Below are positions 38,460 through 40,173 of a stretch of 40,173 bases of DNA, piece after piece (the first letter of the stretch is position 1; every line of letters starts with the position of its first letter). The stretch lies in IMG/VR virus record IMGVR_UViG_3300017785_008116, positions 1 to 40,173 of that record; one strand, 5' to 3'. The translations under genes were made by a program, and so were the position numbers. The notes beneath the pieces are model-generated. The model saw only the letters and a list, made by a program, of their open reading frames with translations. It was not told where the DNA came from and did not search any database. Source of the DNA: a virus (lineage: Duplodnaviria; Caudoviricetes).

Positions 38460-39314
38460 AGAATACTTTCTTGTCTTTTCAGAACCGGGTACAACCTCTT
38501 CAGTTATCTCTTCTGTTATAATAGTTTTTGTCCGAGCCGGGATAGGTTGATCTACTAACAGCTGTTTAGTTTCTTTTAATATAGATCCACCTCGAGCAAT
38601 GTTATAAGCTAATACCAAAGATACAGCTAATGGATCAAATACTAAAACAATAATCAGGATAAAAAGCTTTACAACTGTATCAAGAGGCAAGCCAACTGAC
38701 TCAGCTACAAACTTAAAAGTGCCAATATCATGCACTTCATTACCTTCAGAGTTTAAAACAATAAGTTCGTTATCTTTCTCAAATGCTGTAGTTTGAAGCT
38801 CTTGTACCCGGGCTGTTAAGCCTTTAATTTCTTCAGCTGATCTTGCCATATCCTCATAAACAGGTTTAGCTGCTAGACGAGACATTTGAGGTAAACGAGT
38901 TTCTTGTGACTTACGAGCATCATTTAAAGTGTTAATACGCGAGTTAATCTGTTCAACTTCTTTTGTAATGTTATCTTTTTGCTGTACAATAAGAGAGGCC
39001 TTATTATCAATAAGCTCAGTCTTACCTGCATTAACCTGGTAGCCCGATGATAGATAACCATAGATACCTAATGAGGTAATACCCATGAGCACCAATACAG
39101 CCATTATCATGTATATCTTTAAAAACCAAACTACTTTGTTCCAGTAACGATACAGGAATGAGGTTGCTACTAATTTACCTAACTCCAAGGACCCGGCCAT
39201 AATAATAACTGACCAGAAGTGCCCGGAGAATAAAGTTGCAATACCGAGGACTGAAAAATAGGCTGCACTTCCTGCTACCAGGAGTGCTGTGAAGGCTAAT
39301 AGGGCTGTAAACAT
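38448..39314 (-). CDS. Membrane protein with three N-terminal TM segments, coiled coil and C-terminal TM
   Basis: Hydrophobic 'AAYFSVLG...LELGKLV...ITSLGIYGYLS' and 'VFDPLAVSL' segments; TATAAATA on the reverse strand 8 nt upstream. Confidence 0.75.
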   Translation of the reverse strand: MFTALLAFTALLVAGSAAYFSVLGIATLFSGHFWSVIIMAGSLELGKLVATSFLYRYWNKVVWFLKIYMIMAVLVLMGITSLGIYGYLSSGYQVNAGKTELIDNKASLIVQQKDNITKEVEQINSRINTLNDARKSQETRLPQMSRLAAKPVYEDMARSAEEIKGLTARVQELQTTAFEKDNELIVLNSEGNEVHDIGTFKFVAESVGLPLDTVVKLFILIIVLVFDPLAVSLVLAYNIARGGSILKETKQLLVDQPIPARTKTIITEEITEEVVPGSEKTRKYSSKA

Positions 39315-39322
39315 ACTGGCAA

Positions 39323-39370
39323 TATTTATACTATTTTAACTGGAGAAATTATGACATAGTAGATTAAATA
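39323..39370. promoter_or_regulatory. Divergent late promoters
   Basis: TATTTATA at 39323-39330 (reverse-strand TATAAATA, toward 39314) and TAAATA at 39365-39370 (toward 39381). Confidence 0.7.
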
Positions 39371-39380
39371 ATAGAAACCT

Positions 39381-40055
39381 ATGGGACTTAAATTTTTAGT
39401 CGAAGATATTCATGACGGGCTCGATTTCATGATCGAAGAAAAAAATCGTCAAGGAGAACAAAAACTCTATATCACCGGTCCATTTTTAATGGCTGAGCAA
39501 AAGAATCAAAACGGTCGTATCTATAAACTAGATGAGATGGTTACTGAAGTAAATCGTTACACTGATGAGATGGTTAAGTCTCGTCGCGCTATTGGTGAAA
39601 TGAATCACCCACAGTCGACAGAAGTTAACCCTGTTAATGCCTGTCATTTAGTTACGGAGTTAAAACAAAACGGTAATTACTTTATGGGCAAGTCCCAGGT
39701 GCTCAATACCCCCATGGGCCAGCTTCTCAAGTCTTTAATTACAGACGGAATTAAAATGGGTATCTCTTCTCGCGCTCTTGGTAACATCAATGATTCTGGA
39801 GACACAAAACACGTTTCTAATTTTCACTTAATCTGTCTTGATGTTGTGCATCAACCTTCAGTACAGAATGCCATGCTTGAGTCAGTTATGGAATCAAGAG
39901 AGTATATGATTCGTCCTGATGGTTCAATTATTGAGTGCTCAGCAAAAGCAAAAGCACAACTCGCTGAAAAACTTTCCAACATGCCAAGACATGGCACAGA
40001 TTCGTTTTTAAGAGAGGCCTTGATCGGCTTCATTAATAAAATTAAACTTGGATAA
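39381..40055 (+). CDS. Prohead core protease gp21-like
   Basis: LYITGPF..AE.KN.NGRIY, RAIGEMNHP, LNTPMG, GISSRALG, DVV.QPS. Confidence 0.93.
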   Translation: MGLKFLVEDIHDGLDFMIEEKNRQGEQKLYITGPFLMAEQKNQNGRIYKLDEMVTEVNRYTDEMVKSRRAIGEMNHPQSTEVNPVNACHLVTELKQNGNYFMGKSQVLNTPMGQLLKSLITDGIKMGISSRALGNINDSGDTKHVSNFHLICLDVVHQPSVQNAMLESVMESREYMIRPDGSIIECSAKAKAQLAEKLSNMPRHGTDSFLREALIGFINKIKLG

Positions 40056-40064
40056 ATATATTAT

Positions 40065-40173
40065 ATGAAAAAGAAAGATCAAATACTTTTAGAAGAAGCT
40101 TATCAAAAAGTTTATGAAGTAGGTCCTGCTCCAGGCCCGCTACCTCGCCGAGGGCCCGGTTCAATAGGATATG
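40065..40173 (+). CDS. 5' part of a hypothetical late protein (3'-truncated; not in ORF track)
   Basis: TAAATA at 40053-40058 then ATG 40065; MKKKDQILLEEAYQKVYEVGPAPGPLPRRGPGSIGY... is open to the window end. Confidence 0.7.
   Translation, partial: MKKKDQILLEEAYQKVYEVGPAPGPLPRRGPGSIGY

Noticed and set aside
35756-40033. Antisense ORFs 35756..35947, 36876..37082, 37780..38028 and 39851..40033
   Set aside because: Antisense shadows of recognisable genes, with composition mirroring the sense-strand codon bias.
1-40173. Alternative genetic code (stop-codon reassignment)
   Set aside because: Long ORFs are uninterrupted in the standard code, and TAA, TAG and TGA all end genes at sensible positions.
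1-40173. tRNA genes, CRISPR arrays, DGR template/variable repeats
   Set aside because: Intergenic gaps are at most about 100 nt with no cloverleaf or repeat-spacer pattern. No reverse transcriptase is present, and the 52-bp repeat differences are synonymous rather than DGR-like.

Overview
This window comes from a large, AT-rich, T4-like (myovirus) phage genome and reads in the standard genetic code. Most of it is a virion-morphogenesis region on the + strand. It begins with the 3' end of a tape-measure-like gene, followed by baseplate genes (gp48-like?, gp53-like, hub, gp25, gp6, gp7-like). About 21 kb of very large Ser/Thr-rich baseplate/fibre proteins follow (PKD, NHL/beta-propeller, LamG, delta-60-like, Ig, RCC1). 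Neck gp14 and gp13, head-completion gp4, prohead protease gp21 and a probable terminase small subunit are also present. Replication/nucleotide genes lie on the - strand (clamp loader, dUTPase, class II B12-dependent RNR), and a free-standing GIY-YIG homing endonuclease is present. The most notable signals are: (1) a 908-bp cassette carrying an ADP-ribosyltransferase-like gene, bounded by a 52-bp direct repeat of the gp13 3' end plus late promoter, whose copies differ only at synonymous sites; (2) a shared N-terminal F-x2-[LT]-x3-[VI]LE leader on several unrelated late proteins, suggesting a capsid-packaged cargo/effector system; (3) strong enrichment of L-S-[A/G] tripeptides in tail/baseplate proteins, a possible modification sequon; (4) a modular 'IGDSL..IN' adaptor on four proteins plus a threefold related motif in the 2008-aa protein; (5) promoters placed so close to start codons, with no Shine-Dalgarno, that most mRNAs would be leaderless. 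All product calls are from motif recognition by eye; no database search was run, and counts are hand counts.
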